DNA from: an uncultured Spirochaetales bacterium
GTDB taxonomy: Bacteria > Myxococcota_A > UBA9160 > SMWR01
NCBI GenBank assembly: GCA_964597285.1
Contig: CAZQYK010000404.1
Span: 1-26,684 of the forward strand
DNA: 26,684 nucleotides
Direction of reading: 5' to 3'
Part shown: piece after piece, positions 1 through 7,648 of the stretch
Numbering within the stretch: position 1 is the stretch's first letter
Layout of the letters: every line of letters begins with the position of its first letter
Notes under the pieces: generated by a model
The model's database searches: none
Seen by the model: the letters and a program-made list of their open reading frames with translations, nothing else
What the model was told of the DNA's origin: nothing
Made by a program: the position numbers and the translations under genes

Positions 1-776
1 AGCGCGCGGCGCACGACGGCGAGCCGCCGCCCGAGCTTGCGGTAGCGGCGCTCGAGACGCGCGACGCTGGCGCGGCTCTCGAACAGGCGGCCCCAGACGG
101 CGATGCGCTCGAGCAGTGCGTCGCGCGTGGCCGACTCGTCGGCCGAGAAGAGCGTCCGGAGCGGACCCTCGGGCAGCTCGGGCCCACCGGGCATGCGGAT
201 CGCGCCGAGCCCGTGGCTGTGTTCGAACGCGAAGTGCGGATGGCTCTTCTGGACCTCCTGCCAGAAGCGCCAGACCCCGAAGTCGCCGCGGCGGACCGCG
301 ACGTCGTGGAAGAGCACGACGGCGCCGGGCCGCAGCTTCGGCCGCCACGACTCGAAGTCGTGGCGCACGGCCTCGTAGGTGTGGAGCCCGTCGACGTGGA
401 GCAGGTCGACCGACGCGTCCGGCACCCGCCCGAGCGCGTCGTCGAAGCGGGCGCGCACGAGCTCCGAGAAGCCGGCGTAGTGCTCGGCGTTGTACGTGGC
501 GACGTCGTCGTACACCGCGTCGCCGTAGCGTCCGGCGTGCGCGTCGCCCTGCCAGGTGTCCACCGCCCTGCAGCGGCACGCGAGCCCGAAGTCCGCCACG
601 GCCTGGCAGAACACGAAGTAGGACTCGCCGTAGTGCGTGCCGAGCTCGACGATCGACTCGGGTCGCAGCAGAGCGACGAGCAGGTAGGCGAAGGGCTGGT
701 GCCCCGACCAGGGGCTGATGTTTCCGGCCCGAGAGCGGCGGGGCTCGAAGCTGCTCAGGACGAGGTCGAGGTCCAT
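1..776 (-). CDS. Class I SAM-dependent methyltransferase (Methyltransf_24-like), runs off the left edge
   Basis: Absent from the ORF track; my translation from ATG at 776: MDLDLVLSSFEPRRSRAGNISPWSGHQPFAYLLVALLRPESIVELGTHYGESY...VDTWQGDAHAG...VDLLHVDGLHTYEAVRHDFESWRPKLRPGAVVLFHD. VELGT.xG, DLLHxDGxHTYE and vlfHD motifs fit this family. Starts 14 bp after the glmS stop. Confidence 0.85.
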   Translation of the reverse strand, partial: MDLDLVLSSFEPRRSRAGNISPWSGHQPFAYLLVALLRPESIVELGTHYGESYFVFCQAVADFGLACRCRAVDTWQGDAHAGRYGDAVYDDVATYNAEHYAGFSELVRARFDDALGRVPDASVDLLHVDGLHTYEAVRHDFESWRPKLRPGAVVLFHDVAVRRGDFGVWRFWQEVQKSHPHFAFEHSHGLGAIRMPGGPELPEGPLRTLFSADESATRDALLERIAVWGRLFESRASVARLERRYRKLGRRLAVVRRA

Positions 777-790
777 GTCCCGGCGATGCC

Positions 791-2626
791 CTACTCGACC
801 GTCACGCTCTTCGCGAGGTTCCGGGGCTGGTCGACGTCGGTGCCCTTCAACACCGCGACGTGGTACGCGAGCAGCTGCAGCGGCACGGTCACGAGCACCG
901 CGCTCAGATACTCGCCGAGGTCGGGCACGTATACCACGTCGTTGGCCTTGTCGGCGATCGCCGCGTCGCCCTCGCTCGCGATCGCGATCACGAGACCGTC
1001 GCGGGTGCGCACCTGCTCGAGGTTCGAGATCACCTTCTCGTAGATCGGGCTGCGCGTCGCGATGACGACGACGGGCATGCGCTCGTCGATCAGCGCGATC
1101 GGCCCGTGCTTCATCTCGCCAGCCGCGTAGGCCTCGGCGTGGATGTAGGAGATCTCCTTCAGCTTGAGCGCGCCCTCGAAGGCGATCGGCACCATCACGC
1201 CGCGGCCGAGATAGAGGAAGTCGTCGGCGTGCACGTACTTCTGCGCGATCTCGCGCACCGCCTCGTCGAGGCGCAGCGCCCGCTCGACGAGGCGCGGCAG
1301 GCGCAGCAGCTCGGCGATGCGCTCGCGCCCCTGCTCGGGCGACAGGCGTCCCCGCGCGAGGCCGAGCTTCAGTGCCAGCATGTAGAGCGCCACGACCTGC
1401 GTCGTGAAGGCCTTCGTGCTGGCGACGCCGATCTCCGGACCCGCGTGGGTGTAGAGCACGTCGTGGCTCTCGCGCGCGATGCTCGCGCCGCGGACGTTGC
1501 ACACCGCGAGCACGCGCGAGCCCTGCCGCCGCGCCTCGCGCAGCGCGGCCAGCGTGTCGGCGGTCTCGCCCGACTGCGAGACCGGGATCGCGAGCACGTC
1601 CTCGCCGAGGATCGGGCCGCGGTAGCGGAACTCGCTCGCGAGGTCGACGTCGCAGGGGATCCCGGCGAGCTGCTCGATCATGTACTTCCCGACCAGGCAC
1701 GCGTGCCAGGCCGTTCCGCAGCCGACGAGCGCGACCCTCCGCACGCCGGCGACGCGCTCCGGCGAGAGGTCGATGCCGTCGAGGTCGAGGTCGCCGTCGG
1801 CCTCGAGCACGCGCGTGCCGATCGTGTCGGTGATCGCGCGCGGCTGCTCGAAGATCTCCTTCTGCATGAAGTGGTGGTAGCCGCCCTTCTCCGCCGAGAC
1901 GGGGTCCCACTGGATCGCGAGCGGCTCGCGCTCGACCGGGCGCCCGTCGGCGTCGAGCACCTGCACCTCGTCCTCGGAGATCACCGCGAACTCGCCGTCC
2001 TCGAGGAAGAGCATCTGCCGCGTGTACGGCAGGATCGCCGGGATGTCGCTCGCGAGGAAGTTCTGCTTCTCGCCGATGCCGAGCACGATCGGGCTGCCGC
2101 CGTTCTTCGCGACGACGATGTGCTCGGGGTCGGTCTCCGACAGCACGCCGAAGGCGTACGAGCCGACGACGCGCGCGCAGGCCTCGCGCACCGCCGCGAC
2201 GAGGTCGCTGCCGGCGCGCAGGCGCGCGTCGATCAGGTGGGCGATCAGCTCGGTGTCGGTGTCCGACTCGATGCCGTTGCCCGCCGCCTCGAGCTCGGCG
2301 CGCAACGCCTGGTAGTTCTCCATGATCCCGTTGTGCACGACGACGACCGAGCCGGCCTTGTGCGGGTGGGCGTTGCGCTCGGAGGGCTTGCCGTGCGTCG
2401 CCCAGCGCGTGTGACCGACGCCGACGCGGCCCGAGAGCGGAGCGTCGCGCAGCGCCGCCTCGAGGTTCGCGAGCTTTCCGACCGCACGGCGGATTCCGAT
2501 GCGCTCGCCCTCGAAGATCGCGACGCCGGCCGAGTCGTAGCCGCGGTACTCGAGACGCCGCAGCCCGTCGAGGATCACCTCCTGCGCCTCGTGCCCCCGC
2601 CCGATGTAGCCGACGATCCCGCACAT
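791..2626 (-). CDS. glmS: Glutamine--fructose-6-phosphate transaminase (isomerizing)
   Basis: N-terminal MCGIVG (Ntn Cys), RGYDSAG, GHTRWATHG, HNG, SQSGETADT, STKAFT, ELKHG-like EMKHGP, C-terminal PRNLAKSVTVE; 611 aa. Confidence 0.99.
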   Translation of the reverse strand: MCGIVGYIGRGHEAQEVILDGLRRLEYRGYDSAGVAIFEGERIGIRRAVGKLANLEAALRDAPLSGRVGVGHTRWATHGKPSERNAHPHKAGSVVVVHNGIMENYQALRAELEAAGNGIESDTDTELIAHLIDARLRAGSDLVAAVREACARVVGSYAFGVLSETDPEHIVVAKNGGSPIVLGIGEKQNFLASDIPAILPYTRQMLFLEDGEFAVISEDEVQVLDADGRPVEREPLAIQWDPVSAEKGGYHHFMQKEIFEQPRAITDTIGTRVLEADGDLDLDGIDLSPERVAGVRRVALVGCGTAWHACLVGKYMIEQLAGIPCDVDLASEFRYRGPILGEDVLAIPVSQSGETADTLAALREARRQGSRVLAVCNVRGASIARESHDVLYTHAGPEIGVASTKAFTTQVVALYMLALKLGLARGRLSPEQGRERIAELLRLPRLVERALRLDEAVREIAQKYVHADDFLYLGRGVMVPIAFEGALKLKEISYIHAEAYAAGEMKHGPIALIDERMPVVVIATRSPIYEKVISNLEQVRTRDGLVIAIASEGDAAIADKANDVVYVPDLGEYLSAVLVTVPLQLLAYHVAVLKGTDVDQPRNLAKSVTVE

Positions 2627-2633
2627 GGCCGCG

Positions 2634-3968
2634 CTACTCCTCCGGCCGGTCGCGCCGCCGGCGCCGCGCGACCCAGCCCTCGACGTTGCGCTGCCGCGCG
2701 CGCGCGACCGCCAGCGCCTCGCTCGGCACGCGACTCGTGATCGTCGAGCCGGCCGCGACGTAGCTGTCGGGCTCGACGACGACCGGTGCGACGAGGTTGA
2801 CGTTGCAGCCGACGAACGCGCGCTCGCCGACCTGGGTGCGGTGCTTCGCGCGGCCGTCGTAGTTCACGACGACGGCGCCGCAGCCGAAGCTCGCACCGGC
2901 GCCGACGTCGGCGTCGCCGATGTAGCTCAGGTGGTCGGCCTTGACACCGGGGCCGAGCACGCTGTTCTTCACCTCGACGAAATTCCCGATCCGCGAGCCG
3001 TCGCCGATCGAGCAGTCGGGGCGGACGTGCGCGTTCGGGCCGAGCACGACCTCGTCGCCGATGCGGCTCGACTCGACGACGCAGCCGGGCTTCAGGTGTG
3101 CGCCGCGCCCGATCCGCGTCGCGCCCTGGATCACGCAGTGGGGCTCGATCAGGGTGTCCGCTCCGATCTCGACGTCCACGTCGACCCACGTGGTCGCGGG
3201 GTCGACGATCGTGACACCGGCCGCCATCCACCGGTTCAGCGTGCGCTCGCGCATCCGGCGCGCGGCCTCGGCGAGCTCGGCGCGCGTGTTGACGCCGATC
3301 GCCTGCTCGGCGTCGGGCAGGCGCAGCGCCTCGACGCGCAGGCCGTCGGCGACCGCGAGCTCGACGATCGAGGTCAGGTAGAACTCGCCCTGCGCGTTGC
3401 GGTCGTCGGCGCGCGCGAGCAGCTTCCACAGCAGCGACGCGTCGAGCAGGTAGACGCCGGTGTTGCGCTCGGCGATCGCGAGCTCGTCCGGGGTCGCGTC
3501 CGGCGCCTCGACGATCCGCGAGACGGCGCCGTCGGCGTCGCGCACGACGATGCCCGGCACGTCGACCGGCGCCGACAGCAGCACCAGGTCGGCGCCGCTG
3601 CGCTCGCGCAGCGCCGCCATCTCGCGCAGCGTCTCGCCGCGCAGCAGCGGCGTGTCGCCGTAGAGGATCAGCGCGTCGCCGTCGAATGCGCCGAGCGCGT
3701 CGCGGCACAGCGCGACCGCGTGGCCGGTGCCGCGCTGCTCGGCCTGGAGCACGAACTCGGCCCGGCCGGCGAAGCGCTCGCGCACCGCGTCGGCGCCGTG
3801 GCCGACGACGACGAGGCTGCGCTTCGCGCCGAGCGCCTCGGCCGCGTCGAGCGAGAACGCGAGCATCGGCCGGCCGCCGATCTCGTGCAGCACCTTCGGC
3901 CGGCTCGACTGGAAGCGCGTGCCCTTGCCGGCGGCGAGGATCAGGGCGGCGAGTTCACGGGCGGCCAT
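2634..3968 (-). CDS. glmU: Bifunctional UDP-GlcNAc pyrophosphorylase / glucosamine-1-phosphate N-acetyltransferase
   Basis: ILAAGKGTRF..PKVLH, QAEQRGTGHA, NAQGEFYLT, hexapeptide C-domain with IGNFVEVK and HLSYIGDA; directly upstream of glmS. Confidence 0.98.
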   Translation of the reverse strand: MAARELAALILAAGKGTRFQSSRPKVLHEIGGRPMLAFSLDAAEALGAKRSLVVVGHGADAVRERFAGRAEFVLQAEQRGTGHAVALCRDALGAFDGDALILYGDTPLLRGETLREMAALRERSGADLVLLSAPVDVPGIVVRDADGAVSRIVEAPDATPDELAIAERNTGVYLLDASLLWKLLARADDRNAQGEFYLTSIVELAVADGLRVEALRLPDAEQAIGVNTRAELAEAARRMRERTLNRWMAAGVTIVDPATTWVDVDVEIGADTLIEPHCVIQGATRIGRGAHLKPGCVVESSRIGDEVVLGPNAHVRPDCSIGDGSRIGNFVEVKNSVLGPGVKADHLSYIGDADVGAGASFGCGAVVVNYDGRAKHRTQVGERAFVGCNVNLVAPVVVEPDSYVAAGSTITSRVPSEALAVARARQRNVEGWVARRRRRDRPEE

Positions 3969-3969
3969 G

Positions 3970-3992
3970 CTGCCTCCTGTCTGCCTCCTGTC
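3970..3992 (-). repeat. Tandem 11-bp duplication containing the glmU Shine-Dalgarno sequence
   Basis: Plus strand CTGCCTCCTGT x2; the minus strand reads ACAGGAGGCAG twice just before the ATG at 3968. Confidence 0.85.
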
Positions 3993-4055
3993 TTCGGCGG
4001 GCCGGGGGCGGAGCTGACGCTCTCGCCGCGGGGCGGGACGGCGGGCCGGGCTCGG

Positions 4056-4064
4056 ACGCTACCA
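4056..4064 (-). promoter_or_regulatory. Putative extended -10 promoter for glmU-glmS
   Basis: Minus strand TG-G-TAGCGT (TGn + TAnnnT) about 90 bp upstream of glmU; no clear -35. Confidence 0.4.
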
Positions 4065-4166
4065 CGGCGCGCTCGCGGGGCGAGACCGGGGCGACCGCCG
4101 CCCGAGCACGGCGCTTCCCAAGGGGAGCGCGGCGGAGGCCCGCGATCCGGGGCCGCCGCGCCGCGC

Positions 4167-4172
4167 TAGATT
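4167..4172 (+). promoter_or_regulatory. Putative -10 box for hflX-fabH
   Basis: TAGATT, the only AT-rich hexamer in an extremely GC-rich intergenic stretch; it overlaps the TTG used as start in the ORF track. Confidence 0.5.
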
Positions 4173-4209
4173 GTGCCGGCGACGGCGCCGCTCCGCCGAG
4201 GTCTCCGCG

Positions 4210-5886
4210 ATCGCGATCACCGGCAACACGCACGGCCTGAAGGCCAGCCAGACCCGCCAGCTCGAGCGCCTGTCCCGGCGCCGCGTCCCGCCGGAGCGGC
4301 TCGTGACCCACGAGCTCGCCCGCCAGCTCGCCGCGTTCACCGGCGAGACCGGCCGCCAGGTCGGCGTGCTCGTCGACCGCCGCGGCGCGGTGACCCACGT
4401 GATGGTCGGCGACGCGCGCGGCATCGAGATGCCCGATTGGGGCCGGCTGCGCGCCGGCCGCGGGCGGCTGCGCGGCCTGCGCTGCATCCACAGCCACGTC
4501 GGCGACCACCCGCTCGACCGCGACGACGAGACCGACCTCGCGGTGCTGCGCCTCGACGCGATGGTCGCGATCGGCACGACGCCGGACGGCCTGCCCGGGC
4601 TCGCGCACGTCGCGGCGCTGCGGCCGACCGCGGACGCGGGCGCCGGCATCGAGCACCTCGAGCCGGTCGCGCCGGCGCTGCTCGACCTCGACTTCCGCGA
4701 CTGGATCCGCGCGCGCGAGGAGGAGCTCGCGCGCCAGGACCGCACGCGCGAGGTCGGCCTCGGCGAGCGCGCGATCCTCGTGTCGGTCACCGCCGGCCGG
4801 AGGCCCGCCGACTTCGAGGCCCAGCTCGAAGAGCTCGCCGAGCTGGCGCGCTCGGCCGGCGTGCACGTGGTCGAGGTCGTCACGCAGCATCGGCCCCGGA
4901 TCGACCGCAAGTTCCTGATCGGACCGGGGCGGCTCCAGGACCTCGTGATCCGCGCGTTCCAGAGCGACGTCGACCTGGTGATCTTCGACCAGAACCTGTC
5001 GCCGACCCAGGCGCGCAACCGCGCCGACCGCCTCGAGCTGCGCGTGATCGACCGCACCCAGCTGATCCTCGACATCTTCGCGCAGCGCGCGCGCACCGCC
5101 GACGGCAAGCTCCAGGTGGAACTCGCTCAGCTCAAGTACCTGATGCCGCGCCTCGCGCAGCGCGCCGACGTGTCGCTGTCGCGGCTGGCCGGCGGCATCG
5201 GCGGGCGCGGGCCCGGCGAGACGAAGCTCGAGGTCGACCGCCGGCGCGTGCGCGACCGCGTCGCGCGCCTCGAACGCGAGCTCTTGCGGCTGCGCAGCCA
5301 GCGCGAGTCGCGGCGCAAGCGCCGCGCGCGCCGCGAGGTGCCGGTGCTCTCGATCGTCGGCTACACGAACGCCGGCAAGAGCACGCTGCTGCGCGCGCTG
5401 ACCGAGACGGAGGTCCACGTCGAGAGCCTGATGTTCGCGACGCTCGACCCCACGTCGCGCCGGCTGCGCTTCCCGCGCGACCGCGAGGTGGTCGTGACCG
5501 ACACGGTGGGCTTCATCCGCGACCTGCCCGAGGACCTCGTCGCCGCGTTCCGCGCGACGCTCGAGGAGCTCGAGGACGCCGACCTGCTGCTGCACGTCGT
5601 CGACGCCGCGACCCCGGGCTTCGAGCGCCGCATCGAGGCGGTGCGCGAGGTGCTGGCCCAGATCGGGCTCGGCGACACGCCGGAGCTGCTCGTGTTCAAC
5701 CAGGTCGACCGCCTGCCCGCGCACCAGGGCGCGGCGATCGCGGCCCGGATGGACGGCGTGGCGGTCTCGGCGCTGACGCGCGAGGGTCTGTCCGACCTGA
5801 TCGAGCGCTCGGAGAAGCGGCTCTGGAACGAGCGGGCGCGCGACGGCGCGGGCGGCGCGGCCGCCGCAGGGGGAGGGGAGCGATGA
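4210..5886 (+). CDS. hflX: GTPase HflX, long form with N-terminal extension; start uncertain (ATC 4210 preferred, TTG 4171 alternative)
   Basis: GNTHGLK N-terminal motif, VIDRTQLILDIFAQRA, QVELAQLKY, GRGPGETKLEVDRR, G1 GYTNAGKST, G2 FATLDPT, G3 DTVGF, G4 NQVD. Confidence 0.95.
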   Translation: MAITGNTHGLKASQTRQLERLSRRRVPPERLVTHELARQLAAFTGETGRQVGVLVDRRGAVTHVMVGDARGIEMPDWGRLRAGRGRLRGLRCIHSHVGDHPLDRDDETDLAVLRLDAMVAIGTTPDGLPGLAHVAALRPTADAGAGIEHLEPVAPALLDLDFRDWIRAREEELARQDRTREVGLGERAILVSVTAGRRPADFEAQLEELAELARSAGVHVVEVVTQHRPRIDRKFLIGPGRLQDLVIRAFQSDVDLVIFDQNLSPTQARNRADRLELRVIDRTQLILDIFAQRARTADGKLQVELAQLKYLMPRLAQRADVSLSRLAGGIGGRGPGETKLEVDRRRVRDRVARLERELLRLRSQRESRRKRRARREVPVLSIVGYTNAGKSTLLRALTETEVHVESLMFATLDPTSRRLRFPRDREVVVTDTVGFIRDLPEDLVAAFRATLEELEDADLLLHVVDAATPGFERRIEAVREVLAQIGLGDTPELLVFNQVDRLPAHQGAAIAARMDGVAVSALTREGLSDLIERSEKRLWNERARDGAGGAAAAGGGER

Positions 5887-6893
5887 CGCGGCGAGCCCGG
5901 ATCAGCGGGACGGGCCTGTGCGTCCCGCCGCGGGTGGTCACGAACGACGAGCTCGCCGCGCGCATGGAGACGAGCGACGAGTGGATCCAGCAGCGCACGG
6001 GGATCCGCGAGCGCCACCACATCGACCCGGGGACGCGGCCGTCGGAGCTGGCCGAGACGGCCTCGCGCCAGGCGCTCGACGCCGCCGGGCTCGCGCCGGA
6101 GGACGTCGACCTCGTCGTGCTCGCGACGCTGTCGGCCGAGGCCGATTTCCCGGGCACCTCCTTCTTCCTGCAGGACCGTCTCGGTCTCGGCGACGCGCCG
6201 TGCTTCGACTTGCGCGCGCAGTGCAGCGGCTTCGTCTACTCGCTCTCGGCCGCGAACGCGTTCGTGCGCAGCGGCGCGTACCGCCGCGCCCTCGTCGTCG
6301 GCTGCGAGGTGCACTCGACCGGGCTCGACTTCTCGACCGAGGGGCGCGACGTCGCGGTGCTCTTCGGCGACGGCGCCGGCGCCGTCGTCGTCGAAGCGAA
6401 CGACGACCCCGACGACCCGGCCGGCATCCTCGAGGTGCGGCTGCACGCCGAGGGCGGCTTCGCCGACAAGCTCTGGATCGAGGCGCCCGGCTCCGGAATC
6501 TGGCCGACGCGGATGACCCACGAGGTGATCGAGCAGAAGCGGCACTTCCCGAAGATGGAGGGCCGCTTCGTGTTCAAGCACGCGACGCGGCGCATGCCCG
6601 AGGTGCTGCTCGCGACGCTGTCGGCCGCGAGCCTCAAGCTCGAGGACGTCGACCACTTCCTGTTCCACCAGGCGAACCTGCGGATCAACGAGTACGTCGC
6701 GCAGCAGCTGAAGATCCCGCCCGAGAAGTGCCCGGCGAACATCGACCGCTACGGCAACTGCTCGGCGGCGTCGATTCCGATGCTGCTCGACGAGGGCGTG
6801 CGCGAGGGTCGGATCCGCCCGGGCGACCTCGTCGCGATGACGAGCTTCGGGTCCGGCTTCTCGTGGACCTGCGCGCTGGTGCGCTGGGGCTGA
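5883..6893 (+). CDS. fabH: 3-oxoacyl-ACP synthase III (FabH family)
   Basis: ATGA overlap with the hflX stop. MTRRARISGTG...TSDEWIQQRTGIRER; Cys-His-Asn triad in AQCSGF, FHQAN and GNCSAAS; FGDGAGA. C-terminal part of track ORF 4173..6893. Confidence 0.93.
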   Translation: MTRRARISGTGLCVPPRVVTNDELAARMETSDEWIQQRTGIRERHHIDPGTRPSELAETASRQALDAAGLAPEDVDLVVLATLSAEADFPGTSFFLQDRLGLGDAPCFDLRAQCSGFVYSLSAANAFVRSGAYRRALVVGCEVHSTGLDFSTEGRDVAVLFGDGAGAVVVEANDDPDDPAGILEVRLHAEGGFADKLWIEAPGSGIWPTRMTHEVIEQKRHFPKMEGRFVFKHATRRMPEVLLATLSAASLKLEDVDHFLFHQANLRINEYVAQQLKIPPEKCPANIDRYGNCSAASIPMLLDEGVREGRIRPGDLVAMTSFGSGFSWTCALVRWG

Positions 6894-6992
6894 TGGCGCA
6901 CCGCGTCGAAACCCCCTCGATCGGCTGACGACCCAGAAGCCTCGACTGGTCGCAGGCTTGGGGGATTCTTGCGACCCGGGTCTGGCAGGGTC

Positions 6993-7020
6993 TTGACGCA
7001 TTGACGCGTCGTGTTAAACT
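6993..7020 (+). promoter_or_regulatory. Sigma-70-type promoter of the phasin-like gene
   Basis: -35 TTGACG (6993-6998), 16-bp spacer, extended -10 TG-T-TAAACT (7012-7020). Confidence 0.75.
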
Positions 7021-7137
7021 TCCGCTGCGTCATCCGGCGCGGGTCGCCGGCGCCAGACGGCGCCTCCCCCGAACGGTGGGACGCACCCGCCCGCGGCGCC
7101 GGCTCCGGTGCCACAGCCCCCAGGAGAGGATCACCCC

Positions 7138-7533
7138 ATGCCCGAGACCACCGTGTTCCAGGAAGGCGTCGACCGCGTCCGCGAGGCCTTCGGCTCGATC
7201 GAAGACGAGGTCGAGCGCCTCCAGAAGCAGCTGCGCACCCGCCGCGCGAAGCTCGAGAAGCGCTTCACCTCCGGCCGCAAGGACCTCGAGAAGCGCACCC
7301 AGAAGCTGCGCAGCCGGATCGAGAAGAACCCGACCGTCAAGCGCCTCGAGACGCTGCGCAAGGACGCCGCGAAGCAGATCGAGCAGAACGTCGCGGACCT
7401 GCTCGGCGCGTTCCAGATCGCGTCGAAGAGCGACGTGCAGCGAATCGACCGGAAGATCTCCCAGCTCAACCGCAAGCTGAAGGAGATGGATCGAGCCAAG
7501 CGCTCGAACGGCAGGGCCCAGCCGACCGCCTAG
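7138..7533 (+). CDS. Phasin-like PHA-granule-associated protein (PhaF/PhaI-like), basic coiled coil, 131 aa
   Basis: SD AGGAGAGG precedes ATG 7138. Helical K/R/E-rich sequence with C-terminal FQIASKSDVQRIDRKISQLNRKL, resembling the phasin-family motif (recognised by eye). Confidence 0.65.
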   Translation: MPETTVFQEGVDRVREAFGSIEDEVERLQKQLRTRRAKLEKRFTSGRKDLEKRTQKLRSRIEKNPTVKRLETLRKDAAKQIEQNVADLLGAFQIASKSDVQRIDRKISQLNRKLKEMDRAKRSNGRAQPTA

Positions 7534-7648
7534 CCTAGCCGTGCTCCTCCGGCGCGCCCCCGGGCGCGCCTCCCCGCCACCCGGTCGTTCGCCGAGGGCC
7601 CGAGAGTGCCTGCTCCCGGGCCCTCTTCATCGGCGCTACCGTCGACGC

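Noticed and set aside
2627-2633. glmS ribozyme upstream of glmS
   Set aside because: Only 7 bp separate glmU and glmS, leaving no room.
860-2740. Long antisense ORFs (860..2740, 2625..4169, 3955..5724, 7535..8863, 8919..11060, 16904..18229, 19236..21203 and others)
   Set aside because: They mirror well-supported genes on the opposite strand; stop-poor shadow frames are expected at this GC content and they show no family motifs.
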